Shown here one piece after another: positions 42,526-51,751 of a DNA stretch of 64,000 nucleotides. Every line of letters starts with the position of its first letter. The first letter of the stretch is position 1. The position numbers were made by a program, and so were the translations under genes. The notes below the pieces were generated by a model that was not told the origin of the DNA, ran no database searches, and worked only from the letters and a program-made list of their open reading frames with translations. The DNA comes from Candidatus Multivoradales bacterium (GTDB taxonomy: Bacteria; Acidobacteriota; Thermoanaerobaculia; Multivoradales; JAHEKO01): contig CBDCVR010000015.1 in the NCBI GenBank assembly GCA_965223155.1, forward strand, positions 544,001-608,000, in the 5' to 3' direction.

Positions 42526-44589
42526 CTAGCCCAGCCGCACGAACAGATAGAAGACACTCAAGATCAGCATTCCCACAGCGAGCACCATTGCGTACTGGGA
42601 AACCAGCCCGGTCTGAAGCGATCGGAAGAAGCGCGAGGCGAAGCTCATGACCGCGCCGGTCAGATTGACGAGCCCGTCCACGACGTACTTGTCGAAAAAA
42701 CCGGACAAGAGCGACACCCCCACGGTCACGTGCCGCGAGCCGTTGACCAGCACGCCGTCAATGAATCCGGCGTCGAAGCGAAAGAGGCTCCGGGCCGTCG
42801 CCCAGGCTCCGCGAACCACGGTGGCATCGTAGGCCTCATCCACCCAGTACTTGTTCTCGAGGGTTCGGTGAACGGCGGGGAAGCGTTCGGCCCAGCGCTG
42901 GCCCTCTTCCAGGCCCCGGTCCTTGTACAGCCGCCGGGCCAGGAAGATCCCGCCCAGCGCCACCGCCACCGACAGCGCCATCAACACCAGCTCCACCAGC
43001 ACCGGCGCGTGGTGGTGCTCGCCATGCCCCACGTCCGCCACCACCGGCTCCAGATAGTGCGCGAACACGTTCCAGTCGAACGAGCCCAGCTTCGGCAGGC
43101 CGATCCAGCCCGCAAGCACCGAGCCCACTGCCAGGATCGCCAGCGGCACCGTCATCACCCGCGGCGACTCGTGCAGGTGATGCCGCTGCTCGTCCGTGCC
43201 CCGGAACTCGCCCGAAAACGTCATGTAGATCAGCCGGAACATATAGAACGCCGTCAGCCCCGCGGTCACCAGACCCACCAGCCACAGCACCTTGTGCTCC
43301 CCGAAGACCGCCGCCAGGATCTGGTCCTTCGAGAAGAACCCGGCCAGGCCCGGCACCCCGGCGATCGCAAGCGCCCCCACCAGCATCGTCAGATACGTCA
43401 CCGGCAGCGCCTTCTTCAAGCCGCCCATCTTCGTCATGTCCTGCTCGCCGCTCATCGCGTGGATCACCGAGCCCGAGCCCAGAAACAGCAACGCCTTGAA
43501 GAACGCGTGCGTCCCCAGGTGGAACACCGCCGCCGTGTACGCGCCCACCCCCGCCGCCAGGAACATGTATCCGAGCTGCGACACCGTCGAGTACGCCAGG
43601 ACCTTCTTGATGTCCTTCTGCGCCAGGCCGATCGTGGCCGCGAACAGAGCCGTCAGCGCTCCGACTACCGCCACGAAGCCCGACACTCCGGGCGCGAGCT
43701 GGTAGAACGCGTTCGTGCGCACCACCATGTACACCCCGGCGGTCACCATCGTGGCCGCGTGGATCAGCGCCGAGACCGGCGTCGGGCCGGCCATCGCGTC
43801 CGGCAGCCACACGTAGAGCGGGATCTGGGCGCTCTTGCCCATCGCGCCCACAAAGAGACACAGGGCCACGAAGGCCGCGAACGACAGGCCCAGAAGATAG
43901 GGCTCGGTGACCGCGTGCGGGTCGGCCTCGACCGCCGAGAAGATCGTCCCGTAGTCGAGCGTCCCGAACCGGCTGGCCAGAGCGAACAGGCCCAAAAGAA
44001 ACGCGAAGTCCCCGATCCGGTTGACGATAAAGGCCTTCCGACCGGCGTAGGGCGGAAACTCTTCCTCGTAATAGAACCCGATCAAGAGATACGAGCACAG
44101 GCCCACCCCTTCCCAGCCCACGAAGGTCACCAGGAAGTTGTTGCCCAGGATCAAGAGCAGCATCGAGCCCATGAACAGGTTGAGGTACACGAAGTAGCGC
44201 TGGTACCCGCCCTCGTGCGCCATGTACCCGGCCGAGTAGACGTGGATCAGGAACCCCACGAACGTCACCACGAACAGCATCACCGACGACAGCGGATCCA
44301 GAAGGAAGCCCATCGGGATCTCGAGGCTCTTCCAGACCGACTCGCCGTGCCCGCCCCCTATCTCCATCCCACCGGCCGGCACCCACAGGTAGACGATCTT
44401 CTCGAAGGCCTCGCGACTGCCGCTCAGGAACTCGGCCAGGATGCCGAGGGAAAGCGCCAGTGCCGCCCCCACCGAGCCCAAGGCGATGGCATTGACCCCG
44501 GCCTTCGAGACCCGGTTGCGCAGCACCACGCCGTTGAGCAGAGCGCCCAAGAACGGCAGCACCGGAACCAGCCAGATGAGCTGCTTCAT
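42526..44589 (-). CDS. nuoL: NADH-quinone oxidoreductase subunit L
   Basis: GWEGVGLCSY, GKSAQIPLYVWLPDAMAGPTPVSALIHAATMV, HAFFKALLFL. Confidence 0.96.
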   Translation of the reverse strand: MKQLIWLVPVLPFLGALLNGVVLRNRVSKAGVNAIALGSVGAALALSLGILAEFLSGSREAFEKIVYLWVPAGGMEIGGGHGESVWKSLEIPMGFLLDPLSSVMLFVVTFVGFLIHVYSAGYMAHEGGYQRYFVYLNLFMGSMLLLILGNNFLVTFVGWEGVGLCSYLLIGFYYEEEFPPYAGRKAFIVNRIGDFAFLLGLFALASRFGTLDYGTIFSAVEADPHAVTEPYLLGLSFAAFVALCLFVGAMGKSAQIPLYVWLPDAMAGPTPVSALIHAATMVTAGVYMVVRTNAFYQLAPGVSGFVAVVGALTALFAATIGLAQKDIKKVLAYSTVSQLGYMFLAAGVGAYTAAVFHLGTHAFFKALLFLGSGSVIHAMSGEQDMTKMGGLKKALPVTYLTMLVGALAIAGVPGLAGFFSKDQILAAVFGEHKVLWLVGLVTAGLTAFYMFRLIYMTFSGEFRGTDEQRHHLHESPRVMTVPLAILAVGSVLAGWIGLPKLGSFDWNVFAHYLEPVVADVGHGEHHHAPVLVELVLMALSVAVALGGIFLARRLYKDRGLEEGQRWAERFPAVHRTLENKYWVDEAYDATVVRGAWATARSLFRFDAGFIDGVLVNGSRHVTVGVSLLSGFFDKYVVDGLVNLTGAVMSFASRFFRSLQTGLVSQYAMVLAVGMLILSVFYLFVRLG

Positions 44590-44894
44590 CCTTCGAGCTC
44601 CGTGGCGCTATCCAGATGGGTCGTGCCGCGCAGGCGGAACAAGGCCAGCAGGATGCCGAGCCCGACCGCGGCCTCACCCGCGGCGACCGCGATCGTGAAG
44701 ATCGTGAAGATCTGGCCGGTCAGGTCGGCCAGTTGGTAGGAGAAGGCGATCAGGTTGAGGTTGACGGCGTTGAGCACCAGCTCGAGCGACATCAGGACCG
44801 TGATCATGTTGCGCCGCGTGAGAACACCGGTCAGCCCGATCGCGAAGAGCAAGAAGCTCACGATCAGATAGTGCTGGGTGGTGATCTCGAGCAA
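44586..44894 (-). CDS. nuoK: NADH-quinone oxidoreductase subunit K
   Basis: TTG start at 44894; RRNMITVLMSLELVLNA, VAAGEAAVGL. Confidence 0.93.
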   Translation of the reverse strand: MLEITTQHYLIVSFLLFAIGLTGVLTRRNMITVLMSLELVLNAVNLNLIAFSYQLADLTGQIFTIFTIAVAAGEAAVGLGILLALFRLRGTTHLDSATELEG

Positions 44895-44896
44895 GG

Positions 44897-45430
44897 CTAG
44901 TCCTTCCTCCCCAGCACCACCGCGCCGATCATCGCCACCAGCAGAAAGACCGAGACGATCTCGAAGGGCAAGAGGTAGTCGCGATAGAGGCTCCAGGCCA
45001 CGGCCTCGGTGTTGCCAACGACTTCGCCACCGACCGAAGTAAACGCCTCCGGCGAGCCGGCGGCGCCGCCCAGCTCCGCACCCAGAAACAGGGTCACGAA
45101 GACGCCGACCAGAAGCAGCGTAATCAGCACCGCCAGGCGAGCGTTGACGCCGAACATCGCGGTTTCTTGAAGCTGGTGCAGGTTGATCAGCATGATGACG
45201 AAGAGAAACAGGACCATGATGCCGCCGGCGTAGACGAACACCTGGACCACGGCCACGAATTCGGCGTGCCGGAGCAGGAACAAGGCGGCGACCGCCAGAA
45301 AGCTCACCAGGAGGGCGAACGCCCCGTACATGGGATTGCGCTGGGTGACGACACCCAGGGCTCCAAGAACCGCCACCGCGGCGAAGAAATAGAAGAGAAG
45401 CGCCGGCCCGTGGGCGGTCAGGAACTCCAA
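44897..45430 (-). CDS. nuoJ: NADH-quinone oxidoreductase subunit J
   Basis: AEFVAVVQVFVYAGGIMVLFLFVIML, YLLPFEIVS. Confidence 0.95.
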   Translation of the reverse strand: MEFLTAHGPALLFYFFAAVAVLGALGVVTQRNPMYGAFALLVSFLAVAALFLLRHAEFVAVVQVFVYAGGIMVLFLFVIMLINLHQLQETAMFGVNARLAVLITLLLVGVFVTLFLGAELGGAAGSPEAFTSVGGEVVGNTEAVAWSLYRDYLLPFEIVSVFLLVAMIGAVVLGRKD

Positions 45431-45575
45431 GCGACCTCCTCAAGAGCCATAGCCGCCATCGAGCGCAAAGACGAGAAGCGATCGACGCTCGTCGCGCGCG
45501 CTGCAGGCAACGGGGAACCGACTCTGCGCCCTGATGAGCACGATGTGTGCTTCAGATCCTTCCACCCGAGCCGAC

Positions 45576-45618
45576 GACTCGCTGCGGCGTACTCAGAGTA
45601 CGCCGCAAGCGCGGAGTC
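45576..45618. repeat. REP-like palindromic hairpin in the nuoI-nuoJ spacer
   Basis: TGCGGCGTACT-cag-AGTACGCCGCA perfect stem (45583-45607), extended by GACTC/GAGTC. Confidence 0.7.
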
Positions 45619-45656
45619 CGCGAGGACGGGGCAAGACGGCGTGCTATCCGCGTGCC

Positions 45657-46156
<500 letters not shown>

Positions 46157-46157
<1 letters not shown>

Positions 46158-47239
46158 CAGGTGAGCACCTTGACCAGGCCGGTGGCGAAAACGTTGACCA
46201 AAGACAGCGGGATCAGCCACTTCCAGCCCAGGTCCATCAGTTGATCGAACCGGTAGCGCGGGAACGTGCCGCGAAACCAGATGTAGACAAACAGAAAGCC
46301 GAAGAGCTTGACCGAGAACCAGATCAGGCCGACCACCCCCGGGGGCAAGAACGACAGCTCCAGAAAGGACAGAGCCTCGACGTTCGGGAACGGCCGCAGC
46401 CAGCCGCCGAAGAACAGAGTGACCGCCACCGACGAGATCACGATCATGTTGGCGTATTCGCCCAGGAAAAAGAGGGCGAAGCGCATGCCGGTGTACTCGG
46501 TGTGGAACCCGGCCACCAGCTCGGACTCGGCTTCGGGCAGATCGAAGGGATTGCGATTGGACTCGGCCACCCCGGCCACCATGAAGATGAAGAAGGCCAC
46601 GATCTGAGGCACCACGTACCAGACGCCCGCCGCGCGCTGGGCCTCGACGATGCCGGTCAGGGACAGGGTGCCCGCGAGCATGATCGGGCCCACCAGGGCG
46701 AATCCCTGGGGCACTTCGTAGGAGATCATCTGCGCCGCCGAGCGCAGCCCCCCCAGGAGCGAGAACTTGGAATTCGAGGCCCAGCCGCCGATGATGATGC
46801 CGTAGACCCCGATCGTCGCCATCGCCACCACAAAGAGGAGGCCGACGTTGACGTCGGTGATCACGAACGAGAGACGGCCGGCGTCGGCCGCCGGCGGCCC
46901 GAAGGGAATCACCGAGAAGATGATGAAGGCCGGCGCCACCACCAGGCAGGGAGCCAGGACGAACGCCCACTTGACCGCGCGGACAGGGATCACGTCTTCC
47001 TTGACCAGGAGCTTCATGATGTCCGCGATGGGCTGGAGCAGACCCCAGGGGCCGACCCGGTTGGGGCCGACCCGAACCTGCATGAAGCCCAGGATCTTGC
47101 GCTCGGCCAAGACCAGGTAGCTGATCAGAGGCAGAACGCCCAGAAACAAGAGGGCGGCGATCTTGAGCGCCGGCGACAGCGCGTAGTAGAAGAGCGTCGG
47201 GCCGAGGGCCTCGAGCGCGCCTGCGAGCGGAGCCGGCAT
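46157..47239 (-). CDS. nuoH: NADH-quinone oxidoreductase subunit H
   Basis: ATG 47239; ERKILGFMQVRVGPNRVG, AQMISYE, PFDLPEAESELVAG, PRYRFDQLM. Confidence 0.96.
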
Positions 47240-48378
47240 CAGCGGTCGATCTCCCCCAAAACGATGTCCGCGGTGCCGATGATGGCGACCAGGTCGGCAA
47301 CCAACTGGCCGCGCGCGAGCTCCGGCACCGCCTGCATGTTCATGAACGAAGGCGCCCGCACGTGGCACCGGTAGGGCTTGGGCGTGCCGTCCCCGACGAG
47401 GTAGAACCCGATCTCGCCCTTGGGCCCTTCGATCGAGAAATAGGTCTCGCTGTCCTTGGGAGCCTTCAATACCCGCGGCCGCTTGGCCATGATCGCTCCC
47501 TCGGGCAAGGCGTCCAGGCACTGCTGGACGATCTTGACCGACTGGCGCATCTCTTCCATACGCACCAGATAGCGATCGTAGGTGTCGCCGTTGTAGGCCA
47601 CCGGCACCTCGAAGTCGACCTCGCCGTAGGCCTCGTAGGGGGCCGACTTGCGAATGTCCCAATCGATGCCGCTGGCGCGAAGCATCGGGCCGGTGACCCC
47701 GTACTCCTGGGCCACGTCCGGGTCGAGCACGCCGACCCCCACCGTCCGCTTCTTCCAGATGCGGTTGTTGGTCAGGAGCCCCTCGTACTCATCGACCTTC
47801 TCCGGAAAGGAGTCGATGAACTCGCGGCACCGGTCCGTCCAGCCCACCGTCAAGTCGTAGGGCTGTCCGCCCGGACGCATGCAGTTCAAGGTCAGCCGGG
47901 CGCCGCAGTACTCCTCGAAGAGATCCAGGATGACCTCACGCTCGCGGAAGCAGTAAAAGAACGGGGTCATGGCGCCGATGTCGATGGCGTGCGTCGCCAG
48001 CCACAGAAGATGACTGGAGATGCGCTGGAGCTCGCACAGGAGGGTCCGGATGTAGCGCGCCCGCGGCGGTGTCGTGAGCCCGATGAGCTTCTCGACCGCG
48101 CCCACGTAGGCCAGGTTGTTGGTCGCGGCCGCGACGTAGTCCATGCGATCCGTGTGTGGCACGTTCTGGAAGTACGGATGGAGCTCGAAGAGCTTCTCGG
48201 TGCCGCGATGGAGGTAGCCGATCACCGGATAGCAGTCGATGATGCGCTCGCCGTCGACCTTCAACTTGAGCCGCAGAACGCCGTGGGTCGAAGGATGCTG
48301 GGGCCCGAAATTGAGCTCCATCTCCTCGACGTCGAAGAGCGTCTCGGGCGGCTTGACGGTGGCGATGGGCTCGGTCAT
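47239..48378 (-). CDS. nuoD: NADH-quinone oxidoreductase subunit D
   Basis: ATG 48378; NFGPQHPSTHGVLRL, GYLHRGTEK, DRMDY, C-terminal GEIDR. Confidence 0.97.
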   Translation of the reverse strand: MTEPIATVKPPETLFDVEEMELNFGPQHPSTHGVLRLKLKVDGERIIDCYPVIGYLHRGTEKLFELHPYFQNVPHTDRMDYVAAATNNLAYVGAVEKLIGLTTPPRARYIRTLLCELQRISSHLLWLATHAIDIGAMTPFFYCFREREVILDLFEEYCGARLTLNCMRPGGQPYDLTVGWTDRCREFIDSFPEKVDEYEGLLTNNRIWKKRTVGVGVLDPDVAQEYGVTGPMLRASGIDWDIRKSAPYEAYGEVDFEVPVAYNGDTYDRYLVRMEEMRQSVKIVQQCLDALPEGAIMAKRPRVLKAPKDSETYFSIEGPKGEIGFYLVGDGTPKPYRCHVRAPSFMNMQAVPELARGQLVADLVAIIGTADIVLGEIDR

Positions 48379-49265
48379 GTGGACTCTCCAGCGGCTTCGT
48401 CCGGCGCGGTCTCGCCGCCGCCGGCCGCCTCCTCGGGAGCGGGCGGCTCGGGCGGTTTCCAGCCGGTGCCCGTGCCGGCCACCGGCCCCGCCTCGTCCTC
48501 GTAGTACTCGGGATAGATCGCCGCGCCCGTGTCGATGCCCTCGATGGGAAAGTCCTTTCTGAGCGGGAAGCCGTTGAATCCCTCCCAGAGCAGGATCCGG
48601 GTCATGTCGGGGTGCTCGGCGAAGCGCACGCCGTACATGTCGTAGATCTCGCGCTCGCACCAGTCGGCGCCCCGCCAGACCGGGATCACCGTGGGCACCT
48701 CGTCGCCCTCGCCCACCCGCACCTTGAGCCGCACCCGGCGGTTCTTGCCAACGCTGTAGAGGTGGTAGACGACCTCGAAGCGCTCGTCCTCGCGCTTGGG
48801 ATAGTCGACTCCGCAGATATCCACGAGCAGACCGAAGCCGTCCTCCTTCAACCGCTCGCACGCCGTCCGGATCCGGTCCCGGCGTACGTCGATCTCGAGC
48901 TCGTCGCCTCGCCGGCGCGCCTCGAGCACCGCCTCCGTGTCCTGTTCGATGAGTGCCGCGACCAACTCGTCACCGGCGGCATCCTCGACCGCCGGAGCGG
49001 CCGGATCCCGCTCCCACGGGGGCTTTGCGGCTTCCTCGGCCGCCTTCTTGGCCTTGGCCGCCGCCAGGGCCTTGGCCTTGGCTTCAGCTTTCGCCTTGGC
49101 GGCCGCGGCTTCGTCGGCAGCTTCTTTGGCGGCGGCTTCGGGCGCGGGCGAATCGCCGGAAGCAGCCTGGCCGGGACCCTCTTCGGGAACCGCCTCGTCC
49201 CGACTCTCCGAAACCTCGTCCGGAGTCTCGTCCGGAGCGTCGGGCTGCTTGGTGTCGTCGCTCAT
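48375..49265 (-). CDS. nuoC: NADH-quinone oxidoreductase subunit C with long N-terminal extension
   Basis: RFEVVYHL, EREIYDMYG, PLRKDFP; about 90 aa acidic/Ala-Lys N-terminal extension. Confidence 0.94.
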   Translation of the reverse strand: MSDDTKQPDAPDETPDEVSESRDEAVPEEGPGQAASGDSPAPEAAAKEAADEAAAAKAKAEAKAKALAAAKAKKAAEEAAKPPWERDPAAPAVEDAAGDELVAALIEQDTEAVLEARRRGDELEIDVRRDRIRTACERLKEDGFGLLVDICGVDYPKREDERFEVVYHLYSVGKNRRVRLKVRVGEGDEVPTVIPVWRGADWCEREIYDMYGVRFAEHPDMTRILLWEGFNGFPLRKDFPIEGIDTGAAIYPEYYEDEAGPVAGTGTGWKPPEPPAPEEAAGGGETAPDEAAGEST

Positions 49266-49280
49266 CGAGGCTTCGGATTC

Positions 49281-49793
49281 CTAGGCCAGGGTCTGGCCCA
49301 CCAGCAGGCGCTCGTTCTTGGTGTCGACCACCGACATCCGGTCGATCTTGCGCTGCAGGTGGAGCAAGCCCCAGAGCAGCGCCTCGGGGCGAGGCGGGCA
49401 GCCCGGGACGTAGACGTCCACCGGGATCACGCGATCGACGCCCTGGGTCACGGCATAGGTTCGGTAGGGGCCGCCGCAGGTGGCGCAGGCGCCCATGGCG
49501 ATCGCCCACTTGGGCTCGGGCATCTGATCCCAAAGCCGGCGGACGATCGGCGCCATCTTCTCGGTCACCGTGCCGGCGACGATCATCAGGTCGCTCTGCC
49601 GCGGACTGGCGCGGAAGACCTCGGCTCCGAAGCGGGACATGTCATGGCGCGGATCCAGCACCGCCATCATCTCGATGGCGCAGCAGGCCAAGCCGAACTG
49701 CATGGGCCAGATCGCCGACCGGCGAGCCCAGTTGAAGATCTTGTCGTAGGTCGTGGTCAGGACGTTCGCGTTGACCTCGTCCCTTACGCCCAA
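49281..49793 (-). CDS. nuoB: NADH-quinone oxidoreductase subunit B
   Basis: Likely TTG start at 49793; [29 protein letters not shown]. Confidence 0.96.
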   Translation of the reverse strand: MGVRDEVNANVLTTTYDKIFNWARRSAIWPMQFGLACCAIEMMAVLDPRHDMSRFGAEVFRASPRQSDLMIVAGTVTEKMAPIVRRLWDQMPEPKWAIAMGACATCGGPYRTYAVTQGVDRVIPVDVYVPGCPPRPEALLWGLLHLQRKIDRMSVVDTKNERLLVGQTLA

Positions 49794-50140
49794 TTCAAAG
49801 CTCCCCGCCGCCAGACGTAGACGTAGCCGATCACCAGGATTCCGAGAAACACCATCATCTCGATGAACCCGAAGAGCGCCAGACGGTCGAACATCACCGC
49901 CCACGGAAACAGAAAGATCGTCTCGACGTCGAAGATCACGAACAGCACGGCGATCAGGTAGTAGCGCACCGAAAACCGGTGGTCATGCGCCAAGCTGTCC
50001 GGCTCGTTGCCGCACTCGTAGGGCTCGCGGTTGGTGGTCCCCCGGCCGCCGTGCCGGAACAGCCGTGCCGCGATCAGCGACACCGCCAGAAACAGCGCCG
50101 CGATGACGGCGAAGACCAGTATGGGGAGGTAACTTTCCAT
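49784..50140 (-). CDS. nuoA: NADH-quinone oxidoreductase subunit A
   Basis: ATG 50140; [25 protein letters not shown]. Confidence 0.95.
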   Translation of the reverse strand: MESYLPILVFAVIAALFLAVSLIAARLFRHGGRGTTNREPYECGNEPDSLAHDHRFSVRYYLIAVLFVIFDVETIFLFPWAVMFDRLALFGFIEMMVFLGILVIGYVYVWRRGALNWA

Positions 50141-50236
50141 CCAAACTGCCGAGGTCACACAACGGTCGTTGGGGCCTGCGACTCGGCGTACGAAACTGCC
50201 CGGAGCGCCGTAATTCTACCGATGGGCTCCACCCTG

Positions 50237-51364
50237 TCAAGAAACGGCGGAAGGCCCGATCAGGCTCTCTTCGAAGAGCTCCCGGCGGCCGGCCGAAGAC
50301 AGACCGCGAGACTGCACGAGCACCCGGATCTCCTCGCCCATGCCGTCCAGCCGCAGGAGCTCCATGGCGTCCAGCCGGGCCTGGTGGCGACTGTCTCCAT
50401 CACCCGCATTGGCCTCCTCGCCCGTACCCGCCTCGAGCTCCCGAAAAAGCCCGTTGGCCGCGAGCCAGGCGGCCTGCCGCGTCCAGGCCACGGTCTCGAG
50501 ACCCTCGGCCTCGCCGGCCTCGATCAGGGCCGAAAAGTCGACGTGCGCGGTCAGATCCTGGCGTCCGGCGTCGGCCAGAACGTTCCGATGGACGCGATGA
50601 CCGTAGTAGGAGGCCAGGGTACCGTGCCTACGAACCCGGGGATCGAAGAGGCTCTCGCGCTCAAAGCCGTAGTCGCAGGTCACCAGGAGACCGCGTTCGA
50701 GCTTGCGGGCCAGCTCCCGGTAGAGCGCGCCCCAGTCCGCGACGTCCGCGATCTGCCCCTCAACAAGCTCCGACCCGATCCGGGAAGCCAGCTCCGGCGG
50801 CGCCGGTCCGCCCTCCCGCCAGGCGAACGCACCATCCTGCCAGTCCACCAGAACCTCCCGGACCTCGCCGTCTCTCCAGAGCAGACGATCCACCGCCAGG
50901 GCGTCGAAGAGCTCGTAGGAGAAGACCAGACCCACGACGGGGGGCTCGACCTCGGCGAGGCGCTCGAGATACCGGACGCCCGGATCGGCGGGCGCGTTGT
51001 TCGAGGCAGCCGACGAAGCGGGCGGCAGTGCCCCGCCACCGCGCTCGACTCCTATCAGACGCCGGCCCGGAGCCGCCCCGGCCACGACGCCAAGGTGCCG
51101 GCCGGAGCCATAGCCGACCTCTAGATAGTCCGACGGCCGACCCAGCACCGAGTCCAACCGGCGGAGCAGGCCGGCCGTGGTCCTGCCGAAGAGGTCCGAG
51201 TAGCTCGAACCGGTGATGAAATCCGCACCTTTACCGATCGGGGAGACCGGCCCGGCGTAGTAGCCGCCCTCTCCGTACAGAGCTTCCTCCATGAACTCGG
51301 AAAAGCGGATCGGGCCATCACCCCGGATGCGCTCGCGGAGACGACCTTCGGGAGTCGAGGGCAT
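50237..51364 (-). CDS. SAM-dependent methyltransferase, MidA/NDUFAF7 family
   Basis: GPIRFSEFMEEALY...GYY, ADFIT, EVGYGSG, ELFDAL, DYG, QDLTAHVDFS, MGE. Confidence 0.9.
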   Translation of the reverse strand: MPSTPEGRLRERIRGDGPIRFSEFMEEALYGEGGYYAGPVSPIGKGADFITGSSYSDLFGRTTAGLLRRLDSVLGRPSDYLEVGYGSGRHLGVVAGAAPGRRLIGVERGGGALPPASSAASNNAPADPGVRYLERLAEVEPPVVGLVFSYELFDALAVDRLLWRDGEVREVLVDWQDGAFAWREGGPAPPELASRIGSELVEGQIADVADWGALYRELARKLERGLLVTCDYGFERESLFDPRVRRHGTLASYYGHRVHRNVLADAGRQDLTAHVDFSALIEAGEAEGLETVAWTRQAAWLAANGLFRELEAGTGEEANAGDGDSRHQARLDAMELLRLDGMGEEIRVLVQSRGLSSAGRRELFEESLIGPSAVS

Positions 51365-51436
51365 CTCTCAAGTATCTCGCACAGAGCGAGCTGGAGAACG
51401 CCCACTCCGTGCCGACTGGCGGCGGCCGCAGGGCAT

Positions 51437-51697
51437 GGAAATTGGTGACAGTTACCTAGCAACAGATGGAAGATCGGAGGAACGCCACGGCTGCGAACCG
51501 TTGCGGGAAACTGTCACCAATTTCCTCCACGGCACCAGGGGCCCCCAATCGATCCGGTCAGCCAATGAGGCGCACTCGCTCAGAACGAATGGAAACTGTC
51601 ACCAAGTTCCTCCGTCAAGTTCCGGCGAGCGAGACGCCGGCACCAGCGGCCCCCAATCGATCCGGTTAGCCAAAGAGGCGCGCTCGCCAGAGTGAGT
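51437..51697. repeat. Intergenic REP-like inverted and direct repeat cluster
   Basis: GGAAATTGGTGACAGTTACC (51437) is inverted relative to GGAAACTGTCACCAATTTCC (51506) and GGAAACTGTCACCAAGTTCC (51591). Each of the last two heads a duplicated unit containing GGCACCAG.GGCCCCCAATCGATCCGGT.AGCCAA.GAGGCGC.CTCGC. Confidence 0.8.
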
Positions 51698-51751
51698 TCC
51701 TTCGGCTTCGCCCCAGAATGACGCCGCAGCAAGAGGCTACAATCTACGCGA

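Noticed and set aside
45531-45556. CTGATGA followed by a stem, resembling a hammerhead ribozyme core
   Set aside because: The stem is followed by TTCA rather than the required GAAA, so it reads as a plain hairpin.
51437-51697. Possible mini-CRISPR array
   Set aside because: Only three copies, one inverted. The intervening sequences are similar to each other and unequal in length, and there are no cas genes.
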